From the NCBI GenBank assembly GCA_964035545.1, contig OZ037765.1:11666698-11730697 (forward strand): a stretch of 64,000 bases of DNA. Reading direction: 5' to 3'. This document shows, one piece after another, positions 1-13,109 of the stretch (within the stretch, counting starts at the first letter, position 1; the number at the start of each line of letters is the position of its first letter). The stretch comes from Bugula neritina. Its lineage: Eukaryota > Animalia > Bryozoa. Both the position numbers and the translations under genes were made by a program. The notes under the pieces are model-generated. The model did no database searches. It worked only from the letters and a program-made list of their open reading frames with translations, and was not told the DNA's origin.

Positions 1-3000
1 CAACCTTCACTAGTCGATCTTGTTATTTTACCTTGCTCACTTGTCTCAGGTATATAAGTTCTATGACTGCTCAATTTGCACCAACTCTCTGGGGGCCAAT
101 CTGAGTTAAAAGTTTAATAATTGAGCATGTAGGTGTGCTGAATAAACAGGTTTAACTTATTTGTATTATATGCTAGAGATATTGATTATCCCTCTGGGAA
201 AGTCTATTAACTAACAGGAAATTCAATTGCAAAGTATCTTTTGAACTGGCAGCGCACAATGCCTAGATAACTCTTAAAATAGGTTGTCGATTGTTTTTTC
301 TGTATCATCTCCCCTGTCTAACTGACAGCTTAGTACTTTGACTGCATGGGTTATATATTATGAATATGCAACTTAGGCTCACTATCTGCTAAAACATTAT
401 AGCTTCATATAAGTCATGTCAGTTCAACTTAATTACTAGCTGTGGAAGTCTGCATAATATTATACTTCGGCAAAGCTGCCACGTGATTAATGGCTCTGGT
501 ATTAGAATTTTAATTATACACAATATAGCCATTCTTGAACCTCCTTCACTGCATCATTAATAGCCAGGCAATGTCCATGTAGCTTAAAGCATTATTGATT
601 GGTGTGTGATGAATTGAAACTGACTATAATACTGGAATACTGTTGTTCTGTTACATTGAAAAGGTTTATTTACATCAGACTACAAATATAATGTACATTT
701 TAGTTTTACTAAACCTGTAATACAATAATAAATGCTCTGTAATAGACAGTAGTGAGTCTGTACACAATATTTATCTATAGTTTATTTTGTGCATTGGTTT
801 TGTGTGTAGCCATTATAGCTTCGCTATGCAGAACTTACTGCAGCAGGGGACACTGCCCTGCCTCACCCCAAACCCCAGGTCATAGTTTAAAATACTATGT
901 AGATTGGCCTAGCAACTATGTTTTTTAACCCCAATCCCAAGTGTAGGATATAGACATTCAATCAATTTAAGAAATATCAAGTTTTCCACTAGTCTTGTGA
1001 TATTTCAACTATTAGGCTAGTTAAATTATTAAACTTATATGTATTGGAATTTCAAAGTACTACTATTTTTCTTTTGTCGAAATCACACATTGAATACCAG
1101 CAAAAACTGGTTTACATCTAAATACCAACATGTAGAAAAATGGTAAAGACTAAAGGGAAATATTGTACATTGTTTTTAATTTAAAATAATAATTAGTTAA
1201 ATTTTTTGACAATGAACTCTTTAATTATAAGAGTTCTTCTCTTTTTTATAGCTTAATTAATATGTTTTTGCAAACATGCAGCTAAGAGCTAAGTGGAGAT
1301 ATGCAAATGTTTATTTATATAATTATGATGTGTTCTACTTCAGTGAATAAACACTGAGTTTCAAATAGTTAGTTGAATAGTAGGCTACTAGCTGTAGAGT
1401 GTAAACTGTAGAGATTTCTGTCATAGCGCTTCGTACTCCTGAATGTGTGAGCTTAGTAAACTGTTGATGTCTACGAATGAACTAATTTCATGGCAATGAT
1501 TGACTTCATGAAGTGATGAAACGCATTTCTTCTTCAACAGCTAACTTGTGGCTATTTCAGTTGTCGAGTACTTGTTTTTTTTTTCAAGAAAATCTTGAAA
1601 ACTTGAAAGTTATTCTATGCAATTTTGTCAACATACTTTACATTTGGGGACATTAACATTGCAATTGTTGACATTGATGGTTAAACACAAGGAGATTGTG
1701 AAAGCATTTCTTAATAATTGCACACTGTTGAAAAGTTTGAGTCATTCTACACACTCATCATTAGAAACAACAAACCGGCACAGTTGAACTTTGGTGCAGC
1801 CTAGAATGAAATAGTGTGATAAAAACCTGGGAAAGGTGATGCAGGAGATATTTTAGAATAGATAAAGTTGTGATAAAGTTATTTCCCATTAGTTTGTATA
1901 ATATTAATTGTAATCATAAATCAATAAGATATGGTGACACAGTGGTTACTGCAGTTTTGATGATTTAAAATGTAAATTGACTAAGGTTCTTTGTTGCTAC
2001 ATGCATGCGGACAGTGAATGCCAAGGCCACAATTGTTACTGATAGATAAATGGGTCAAGTCTAAAATATGTGTGGGTAAAGTTTTACCAGTTGACGTTAG
2101 GCTTGTTTAAAAATCCAGTCCTGTTAATGGCCGGTACTTGGACTTGAAATACAGTTCAAAATCAATTTTACTATAGAACTTTGACAATTTTAAACATTTT
2201 CCAAGCAACAGCTGCCATTTTGTGCAACTAGGTTTTGATGTGTTCGTTTAATTTTAGTATAAGAAATTGTCTGACCTTTAGTTGTTGCAGGCTTGCCAAT
2301 ACAATGAAATTAAGAAGAGTAGTTGTGGTGCAAAAACTATTAGCTGTTGACTTGCTAATAGTTACTTACATGTAGATGATGGATATCTAGTTTTTCCTGG
2401 CTTGAAATAAACTTAATTTCAATTTTTTAACCCAAAGTTGTCAAATGAGTGAATGCAGTAGAGTACATGATAAATAATATTACATAGCCTTCATTGTACG
2501 CATTTTATTCTTTAGAAAAAACAGAGACTAGCCGTTTCAAATTTCAAGGTATTGTAGTAATATCTAGCGTGTCATAAAGCAAGGAATATGTTTTAACTAA
2601 ATGAAAAATGAAGAGTGTTTGGCTGTATTGTGTATTCAGTTCTTTTGTGCTTATATAAATGACATGTGAGAAAGCTGATTTCTTAAATTACTCAACACAC
2701 AAGGATTCCAGTCGACTGGAAAGTCTATTAATCTTGTTGATTACTGTCTGACGAAATCTAATAGGACTGTAAGTGTTATCACTTATATACTTGACATCAT
2801 CTTTATAAACTTTTTATACATCTAGCAATGTGTGTATCTACTTTTTTGACTTTAATGTTCATTGCCTGTTCTCTACTTGTATAGTTTCCAAAATCAATTT
2901 TCAAGTTGTTGGTTCGGTTAGTGAACACATCTGAGTTATATTATGCTATTGATTCTCACAACTGCTATAATCACCTTATACTTCAACCCGTTAAAATAAG

Positions 3001-6000
3001 AAAAAAAAACCTATGAAAAAACTAGCCTCTCTGGTTGAGGTATATATTATGGTAAACAGAGTAGCAACTCATGAGCCTTTTTAACTTTGTCCACAAAGAT
3101 TAGTAGTCTGCTAGCCAACTATGAGTTATGAGATATGACAAAGCAAAGTATAAACCCAAACTGTAGTCAGTGATAATAAATAAGTATATTTATTATCTGT
3201 AGTCGCAACTTGCTAGTGGTTGATGGTGATTTTCCTTGTCAACAACCATGACAAAATTATTGTTTGATGTCATGGTTGAACATCGTCTACAATGATAAGC
3301 ATGGCTGATGAACAGTGTTTATGGTGGTAATAATAGAGGCATTAGCTGAGGTCATTGGACCAAAACAATGCTAAATCAATCGAGTTGAAACACATTATTG
3401 TTATAGTAATTGTACTCGCAGGGAGATGCACATCTACTAAGAGTGTAATATTAATACACGCGTTTATTCTATCTCTAGCTCACAGTAGTTACACCTACTG
3501 GCTACGCCTACTCCGTTTTGAGCTCGAACTCAAAAACCAAGTGGTTTACAATTTAGTTTTACTTTAAACTTTAGAGGATTTTGACATCCTAAATTTACTT
3601 GAAATTGGGTGAGTCCTAGAAATATCCTTCATTCTTTGTGTTTATGTTATATTATTATTAATATACTTATACTATTTGCTTCAAGTTCGAAGCTCAAGTC
3701 TTATACTTATAGTCATATCAGTTAAAGTTAAACTTTTACTAATAGTAATACTTAAAGTTAATCTTATATCTGGCAGTTCATACTTATAGTTAATAGCTAT
3801 ACATGTATTTGTAAAGTTCTACAAGTATAGCTTGTAGTTGTAAGTATAAGACTAAGCATAACTTTAGACTTAGTTCTGTTTTTAATGTTCGCGTCAATTT
3901 AAATTTTATCTCAGCTTTACTTACTCTTAGCTTAGGTTTACCTATGGGCTATGGCTAGCCTCAGGTTTTGTCTGGTCAACTTTTGGCATTTACTTTTCTA
4001 TTAGTATTAGTATTTTTCTACTGCTTTCCGACCCTGCCATCCTTGAAAGAGAAAGTGAAACTCTAACTAGTAACACCAAGTCTAACTACTAACTAGTATA
4101 CTCATACTGTAAGTGTATTAGTATACAACTGCAAGTACAAGTCTTCTAGTAATACTTTTAATAACATATAACTAATAAGCCTAAGGAGTAAGGAGTTTTG
4201 GCTAAACTGTTACTGTTAGTCAATGTTCAATATTGAATATAAATTTCATTGAGCTAAATCACTGGGGACTGATTACTATGTCCATTATGATAATTTAGTC
4301 CATGTGTATGATTATTTAACAAGAATGTAATTGTATGTATGTAGTTGGAAGTCTGCATGTTAACTATTATAATTATAACAATCACAGTGCTTTGTTTTTG
4401 TGGTTGTCACTTACAGTCACAGTCAGTGTCACTTGAACTGTTACAACAACATGAACTTGAAGCTAATTTAAATTAAAATTGGTAATTAGTTACATCAAAA
4501 TCAAAATGTTCATGTTCATGTTGATGGTATTTCTACTTGTAGTTGTTAGAAATTCATGCTGATACTGGTGCTGTACCATATATTTATAAATTTTTATTTT
4601 ATACCTATTATTATCATCGTTATGCCATTGCCATAGTAGTTTATTATAAATCATTGATGTTATTTTGACTTACTCTTGGGGACTGTCATAGTCATACTGA
4701 TACTCATTAAGATTAATAAATAAAATAGTAATACTTATACTGATAGTAATACGTGACTTTACCAAGATGGCTCTCAATATCACTTGCTTATTATAATTAT
4801 CAGTTATCACTACGATCAGTGTGAATATTATTATAAACTCAAACTAAAACCCTTAAAGTTAATCATCATCATGGTTGCAAATGCAGTGCTTGTGAGCATT
4901 AGTGTTCAGCGACCATGTTTCATTGTTTGTTAAATTTACCTTATATTTGCTCAATTTGATCTAATCAGAATGGTAACCAAAAGCAAAAGCTAAGGAATGA
5001 TGAGTACGAGTTTCACATTTCTCTACACTTTATATTGATGTTGTTTCATTTTGTATTAGTATAAGTGTATAACTATAACATTAATTCTAACTATGTTTTT
5101 TTCCCCAATAATAATTATAATGATTGAATAGTTATAGTATATCAGTATTAAATTTAATGTTATGTTTGCCTTTGTTTTTACTAAAACAAGTGTAACTACT
5201 TTAAAAGTTTTAAATTTACCTAATGACCACTTTTCTAGTGAACCAAGTCTGATTAGCAACTGCTGTTGAAACTTGTATTACTTTTTTTCTCAAGTGTAGT
5301 AGTTATTTCCTTGGCTTTTTGAAAGCAAATAAACGGCAGTCACAGTAATACCAGTCACTATGAGGAAACGCAGTTGTAGTACCTACACCAATTCTACTTA
5401 TAGTTGTGTTTCAAGTTTGAAACTCATCGCACATTCGTTTTCTCAGTTGGGCCTTATGGTTGGTCATGACTAGAGCTTTACAAAAGGAAGATTGTTAGTT
5501 AATGATTATGCTGGTACTTGCATAAACTTATTTTGCTCAGCAACCTTAGGTAGGCAGTATAATCTTGAAATTATATTCACTTGCACCAATTGCATACCAT
5601 CAAAATGATATCATATAGAAATATGGAAGGGGTATGGGTGTAGCTGAAATGAATTCGGTTTGCTTGTGTTCAAGTCATTATAATACTAAAATGATAGTTT
5701 TTCTAGCTTTATGCTTTATAATTGATTGGCATTTTAATGTAGATGTTATAATTATACAATAAAATGTAATTTACAAGGGCTAGTCAGCAGAAAGTTAATA
5801 CATTATTGAAACAGTATATGGTTATTTTCACGGTGAAACGAGGTTACTAGATAAATCTTTAAAAAAGACACTGTCTAGCACTCTAGCTACTCTCTCTAGC
5901 TATCTAGCAGGCATGGTTGACATCCGGCAGTTAGCTGCATCTGATAATTATAGGATTTGCAGTGGGCTGTGCCAGCTGTAAGGCTGTCACTGTCTATTAA

Positions 6001-8784
6001 ATCTTATATAAGCAATACAATTATTGTCTAGAAATATGATATGATTGTTTTGAAGAACAAGCGTGTCACTCAGGCCTACAAATGAAAGTGAATTACCTGT
6101 TAGCACTTGTCATCTAAGCTAATATTTTCCTGGGCAAAGTAACAGTTTTATCTTCATAATATGTAAAACGCAAATAACATAACTTTTTTCCAGCTTTAAC
6201 TGAGTTCACTTAACTATTTTGCTTAGTGGGTGTACTTCACGAACGATATGTTAATTTAGGCAATAAATTTCTAGCTCAATTGTAGCTGTTTTGTGGGTGT
6301 TATAGTTATTTATAGCAATTCAAGATTAGAATGTCCCAATAAAGTTGAGCAATTTAGTTCAGAATCAGCAAAACAAGGCTCTTCATGTCATTACATAGAC
6401 AGTAGATATCTCTATTTAGTTATCTGTAATGTATAAACAAGTTGTAAAATAGATTGACAGTCAGCTGAGCATAGAATAATGCAACCTTTTGCTGAATCAA
6501 TAGTTAATAGCTGCTCAAGTCTGCCACGCAGTCACTGATTTCATTGGCATGTCGTAGGGAGTTATATTTCTTCTGTACAGTTGAGCCGATTGAGATGAGG
6601 AGAGCCTAAATTCTAAAACATTCGAGTGTCAGGTCCTTCTTGTTTATTAACTTTTGCTGTGCATTCACACCATCTAGTTATTATTAACTCTAGAGTCTAG
6701 TTGTTGTGGTTAATGTGGTATTTGTTTGATAAAGGTTTGTGGTTTGTGTTAGTTAATAGATAGTCGTTTTTCGATAGCACTGTCCAGCGTGAAACTGTGG
6801 GTAGCTTGCCAAGTGCCGATCGTCTGTCGTCTGCAGTAGTCGTCTGCAGTGGTTGCCAACTGCGCAAGGCTGCTAAGTTTCTTAATTAACTTATTCCGTT
6901 GCAGGGATTTCCTTGTTTTTAGTCTTGTGTAGTTTTATTCAATAACAATTAAAAGTAGTGACCAGTGACTATTTTTAGAATGTAAAGTTTCCCCCAACTA
7001 ATTGACTTACAGTGATTGCTTGTGTAGTGACTCAAAATCACATATGTATTCCATAGGTTCTTCCCGGGCCATAGTTTTCAGAGATGTCTGACTCATAATT
7101 GTATGAGGTCTGGCAATTGATTAATACAACTAGTGGACCTACACATACATACATACATACAGGACCTAAGCGTACATACGTACAGTCTTCTACTATGCTT
7201 GCTGGTTTGCATGAGGAAATTTCATACCCAGTCATTATTTGTATAAGTGGAAAGTTTGTTATCAGGTAATTAAAGGATAAGATATTAGTAGACTTAAGTT
7301 GTGGTAATGAAGATGTTAGCACTTTCACAAGGTGTCAGCTGGTGTCACTCCGAGTACCTTTAGTCGTTCAACCTTACATATCTACTAGCTGTCACTTTCC
7401 TTTACCTTAATAGCTATTTTTAGCTCATTATAAAACCTAACTTTTTGCTTTATGAAATCTCGTTGCAATATTTTGCCTAAACTATGGAGGTTAGTAAGCT
7501 GGCAGCTCAAATGACTGGACTTTCTAATAGCAAGTGCAGAGTATGTAAACTCAACGTACTAAAGTTGCAGTGCAAACATGGGTTAGAGTGAGTGCATTTG
7601 AGTTTACAGTTTGCTTATATCATTATTGGCTGAATCTCACATTAAATCAACAGGATTTTTATTCCATTTCCTGTTAGTTGTAACGTCTTCCTTAGCAAAT
7701 AACGACAATCAAACGAGTGATGAAACTACGGTCTCTATTTAGGGCATGGTGGATTGACATTACTCTGTACACTTGAGAACATTTGCGATCATGTTCAGTC
7801 ATCAATTGGGTTACTCATATGTGGGTATTGATTACACAGCCTGGCCTCTTGCTCAAGGAACTAACCCAGTGTTTCAATTTTGTAAAGCGTGTTTACTTGT
7901 TGACAGTAAACAAATATAATTCCAATGTACGCTCCACATTCACTCGTTATCAAAGTGAATGTGAACGTTGTTCACGGTGAATAGGTTTACAATGCCTTTA
8001 CAAGTTTGGTATGCATCACCTTCTATTTCTTCACTTTGATGCAGACTGAGCAAGCTTGATCACCCAGTCTTTTCCGCGCTACACAAATACAATAAGAGCA
8101 GGTGATTTAGTTTCATTAGTAAGCTTTTTGGTTCACACCCCACTCCATTTCACTACTTACACTCGTCATCAGAGTTATGAAAGAGGAAACCAATACCTCG
8201 TGCCATCAAGTGTTAGAAAGTGCTATTAATATAATTTCAAGGGAATATTGTTAAATGACAATAAAAGTTGACATTTCCTTAATTGCTTCACCAGTGACCA
8301 ACCTATAGTAGTGGGGAAGAGTTATTTGAGTAAAAAACAACATTTTATTGGTCATTTAAACTATTGATAGATATTTTGAGTTTCACTGAGAGTATTTTTA
8401 GTTGACTGCATTGCTACTTTAGCTAGTTACTAGTTGGGTGTCCACTCTGTTCATTGTTCTCATGTCTAACAAGTTAATAGCATTTCTTCCTAATCTGTAA
8501 AGTCAACGTAGACAGGTACTGTTGATTCAGGTAAGGATTACAGCATTAGGTGTATGATTGAGGTCTAAAACCCATGCTATTTTGATTTCACCAATTTTGT
8601 AGCTGTCATATTAAGATTGAATCTGGGAGATTGAAGGAAGGCTGTTGTAAAGCATTTCTTTGATTGTAAATAGGCTACAAGAGGGTTATTGACACATTGG
8701 GTTCCAGAAATGAAGTGATATATATGCAGTGGGGTGATGATAACTTCTCAAATGTTGTGAACCTGTTAAAAGTTGTCTGCAATG

Positions 8785-8946
8785 AATGGTTATATAAGCA
8801 GCTCCGAGTTGGAGGTGATTGAGTGCAGTAGTTTGTGGTTCTCGAGTACAGAGTTAAGGGGTTTTAATAAACTCCAACTCCAAACTCCAGAATTGCAAAC
8901 TGCTGCACTCAATCACTCCCAACTCGGCGCTGCTTATAGAACCATT
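8785..8946. mobile_element. Palindromic foldback / degenerate MITE, 162 bp
   Basis: Left arm aatggttatataagcagctccgagttggaggtgattgagtgcagtagtttg versus reverse complement of right arm aatggttctataagcagcgccgagttgggagtgattgagtgcagcagtttg; short spacer; no clean TSD. Confidence 0.7.
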
Positions 8947-8991
8947 AGTCCTCAATGGATGTTTAGTGAATAATTACTAACTACTAGATAT

Positions 8992-9009
8992 GGGGGGGGG
9001 GGGGGTGGG
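8992..9009 (+). repeat. Poly-G tract (G14-T-GGG)
   Basis: Direct reading. Confidence 0.8.
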
Positions 9010-12000
9010 AGTGCCTAGTTGTTTAGTGGATGTGGAACCCTAATATGTGCTTGGATTAACGCTAAATCATGTCAACGAGCAAGTAGACTTTTTATAATTA
9101 CCAAAGTTGTATGTACTGAATATAGCATCGGTGTATAGTTTACCAACACATCTACGTTACATTCAGTGCTCTCAGCATTTACAATACATCTGTATTGTCA
9201 GTTGTATGCCTGTCACTGTCCAAGAGGTAGAGACTGATATACTGGTAACACACAACGCAGCTACTGCAACTGTTTACTCACGACTTGTCATGTTTTATAA
9301 ATTGCTCTTCCATGGCTAACGACCTCTACTGCGCATCCAGTAACGGCTGTATACTGGGAGCAGCTGGCTTGCTCTACACTGCATATTGGCAGGCAGTGCT
9401 TCTAATTATAATATTTATAATATCTATCTGCTGGTAAATATTGACTGTTGTAATAAGGTGTATAAGTGCCTAGCAAAATAACTCTGCAGTTAGTATGCTG
9501 TCAAGTATGGAGTACCAGCATAGTACTTTGTAAATAACCTGAAGTCTACTGATACGCAGTCATCTAGGAATATAGGCTAACTTTTCCTCCATCCTCTTCA
9601 GTTCTCTTGGAACTGTCTTTGCCCCAAGTTGCTGTTTTTACACTTCCTATACTCATTGATGAGCTCGGTGAACCTATTTTCTGGCTGCATAAGCAACCGA
9701 GGTATTGAAGCGGTAGATATATCCACAGTTTCAACTAAAGCATATAAGAAACTTTGTGTTGTTAACATTTTGAGCTAGCTATCATATGAAATGCTTACAC
9801 ACCTTCCTGTAACAGTTCTATATGCTGATTTCTCTTTCCATATTTAGCAGAAAAGGTCATGAAAAGATAACTATACTTAATCTGTATTGTTTCAAAAAAT
9901 ATTTTAGTTGCTTCTAGTTCTCAACTTTTCTTCAAAAAGTGTGTAAACTCTAAATCACTTTTGTAGCATTCTTCTCGTTACTCCATGAAAACTTAAGCTA
10001 TTGGTGACAGACTTTACTTGCCTTGAGAGCTTTCTATAGGGAAAGCTTTACATATTGTTCACAAATCTGCTGTGAGGTGGATAGTATGGGATGTTGGTTA
10101 ATGTTTATAGGAATCTGTAAATATTTAACAATGTAATTCTCTTTTGTTAGTATATTAAGCAATAAGTCAAGACTCTGTATTACTTGCCAAGTAAAAATTG
10201 TGTTATTTTCTCTTTTTTGACACATCTCACAATAAGAAATTGCTACCTGTTGCTGTATAAACAGCTAGGTCAAAACCTTTGTATATTTGAGTTGCATTTT
10301 TTGGCTAAGATGCAGTAGTTGGCCTTTTGCCATGTTTATACTGATACAGTTGCATTATTTAATAACGCCTTGAAAGTTACCTAGAGACTAGAAACTGTAG
10401 GAGGTATAGCTTGCTGTCACCAGCTGTACAGTTGGCTGACTTGCAGTATATGACCAATTCCTAAAAGCTTCTGCAACTAGGAACCTTGGCTAATATATTT
10501 TATTGCAATGAGTAAAACATAAATCTCTCAGTTCCTGAATTGCCAATTTTAATTTTTTTCATTTGGTTGCTAACCAGTTCAGTTGAGTTGCTACTCAGCA
10601 CTAGGCAGGCATACTAACTGATTACTAGACTGTACAAAGGGTATGATCGCTGTCAGTGGACTAAGGACTTTGGATTAACTTAAAGCTGACCACAACTCAC
10701 TCTCCAAATCTTCTCCTGATAAATATGCAGTACTTACTAAGCTGAGGGTGTGACTGTGGTGTGTCAGCCCTAAATTCTAGTTATGATGGTAGAACTTTAT
10801 AGATCTAAAAAAGTAGTATTAGTTCTAGCAAACACAATTATGAGTATTATGATTACTTGTTTATGAAATCAAGTGGTTGTGCTTGAACCAAGTTACAAAC
10901 TCAAGCTACAGAAAAATTTACATTTTAGTTTTCAAGATAAATATTTGACTTTGTACTTGGAATGTTAGAAATCACTATTATAATCTGATGCCTGTTCCAT
11001 AAATGATGTCTCATTTCTTTATCCAAATGAGTTGGGTGGTACCATTACTCTGTGGTAATGTCGTCATGACTAACATAGATGGTGGATTTTTCAATCCAGT
11101 ATCATCACCAGTTTCTGAAAATAATTAGTGAACATGTCATGATCTGGCAGGTTTAGGTTTCAAACATCAATTATTTAATTTGTTTACCAGGCATTTAGTA
11201 AAATGGATTTGCAAACATCTAGATTAGGCTGTGTTATGTCCTGTTATCAAGCTGTCTAGAATCTAGATGATTTTCAAAACTATTCCATTCTATAGTTTCG
11301 AAAACTTGGCCCAGGAAAAGAGTAATAAGCCTTTTACAGAAGGTATTTCTCAGTCTATGGTCGAGATTAGCCTGACTTCCATACATTTTATGAAATAAAC
11401 AAAAAATGATATTGGAAATGCGCTTCCTAAACTTTTTTCTTTGTTTTAAAATATAATAATATAACAATTTACATTTGGGTCCAGTTAGTCATTGAAGGCT
11501 GGGGCCAGAGGTGGGTTTTGTTTATCAACCTAATTAGTATTAATTATTTGACATTTTAGTCACATAATTGGCTGCTTATTTGACATCTCAAGTGTAAGTT
11601 ACTCAGCCGTTCACAACTCAGTCCACCCACTTTGCTCTCAAAGCGTCCACTCCCCTTGCATTCTTATGTGTAATTATCAGTTACAAGTTTTCTCATGGTA
11701 TTTCTATTACCAATATGATCTAAAAAGACAATCCACGATATACAAGCCTACCTATTTTCTTTCTGCTAAAATTTTTTACTTTATAAATCATGTGTAAATG
11801 CCAAAGCCAAAACCTTGCATGAAACCAAAGAAATGTTGGTCAGGTCAAAAACTTTTCAGGCTTGTTACTAAAAGTTGTTTGACAGAAAATGTTAACTACA
11901 GATGTTACACTAGGTCTTCTCTAGCCATATTTTGATAATGTAGCAGCTGCTGTTGTTGCCTTCACTCCCAGTATGCTCTGGCCTTATCCAAATACACAGA

Positions 12001-12209
12001 GTGCAATGTGTACAAGTTATTAATTTAATTTTGCATTACTATGGTTTTCCAATAGCAGAAGCTGCTATGGATTAATTTTTCTATATAGTTAAAATAATGA
12101 CTTGCTACAGGGGATATCTGAAATACAGCTGATGTATGAGTCTTTATGCCTTCTACTATCTAACATAATCCTGCAATTATAATTAGTAGAGATGATGTTA
12201 TCATTTTAG

Positions 12210-12398
12210 AACATGGTGAACTAGTGTTGCAGAAGCAATCCATTGCCAGCAGGTCTATGGTATTTTGTCAAACTTCAGCTACTAATCATTCTAACAAAAT
12301 GGATGCACCAGCTATGCTTATTCCAAATGACCACAGTGATGATAAGAAAACTCCTACAAATGGCACAGACTCTATAGAATTTGATTCATCTAGAAAAG
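12210..12398 (+). CDS. Probable upstream coding exon of the ARHGAP21/23-like gene
   Basis: tttttag acceptor, 189-nt open frame (HGELVLQKQSIASRS...IEFDSSRK), AG|gtatgt donor; phase 1 end matches the phase 1 start of exon 18909. No recognisable domain. Confidence 0.55.
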
Positions 12399-12873
12399 GT
12401 ATGTCCCTCAACCCTTCCCGAAAGACTTTGTCAATCAGTCGTTAGACATTTACAAGAAATTTTAGAGTTTAAATTTACCACATGGCACATATACATTTTA
12501 TCCTGAGCTGTTCATTTCGACAGCTGTTTGCTGAACTGTAAGACCATGAACTAAAACTATTAGGGTACTCAACTTTGCCCCCTATTGGCCAGGAGTGCCA
12601 CAGCTCCCTCTAAAGGGATTGTAAGGTGATGGGGTTCATTGCCATTGATTTAACTTCCAGGGCTCCAGGACAATACACAACAGAACCTCAGCTTAAAATA
12701 TACTAATAGCTACAATACTAGAGTTATAGGGTGTAGTGACTTGGGTTACCTCACCATCAGTTATAGAGTGGCAAGTGGCCTAGTCAGTGCACCCCTTTTT
12801 GACTTTAGTAAGCTTGCCTTAGTTCACAGTCTTTTTACTTTGAACCTGTCTTTGCTAAATGCATTCGCTAGAG

Positions 12874-13109
12874 CAGGGGTGGGCAACTTCGGACCCCAGG
12901 GCCACCTGTGGCCCTTTGCCCATTTTTCAGTGGTTCTTTTAATGCTTAAGATAGGTAAAGACTGTTATATGCATTTTGATTAGCACAGTATAGGTTTGGT
13001 GACAGATTACTTTATTATAATAAAATTTTATATGGGTACAATAATGTGGCTCTTTGCTTTGGCTGACTTCTGAACTTGGCCCTCGTGCAAAAGAAGTTAC
13101 CCACCCCTG
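12874..13109. mobile_element. Non-autonomous hAT (Charlie-like) MITE, 236 bp
   Basis: TIRs CAGGGGTGGG(C/T)AACTTC (17 bp, one mismatch); 8-bp TSD cgctagag (12866-12873) / ccctagag (13110-13117), 7/8 identical and CTAG-centred. Confidence 0.9.

Noticed and set aside
7030-7235. (ACAT)n-containing segment resembling a Helitron/DINE-like dispersed repeat
   Set aside because: No termini, clear hairpin or second copy in the window.
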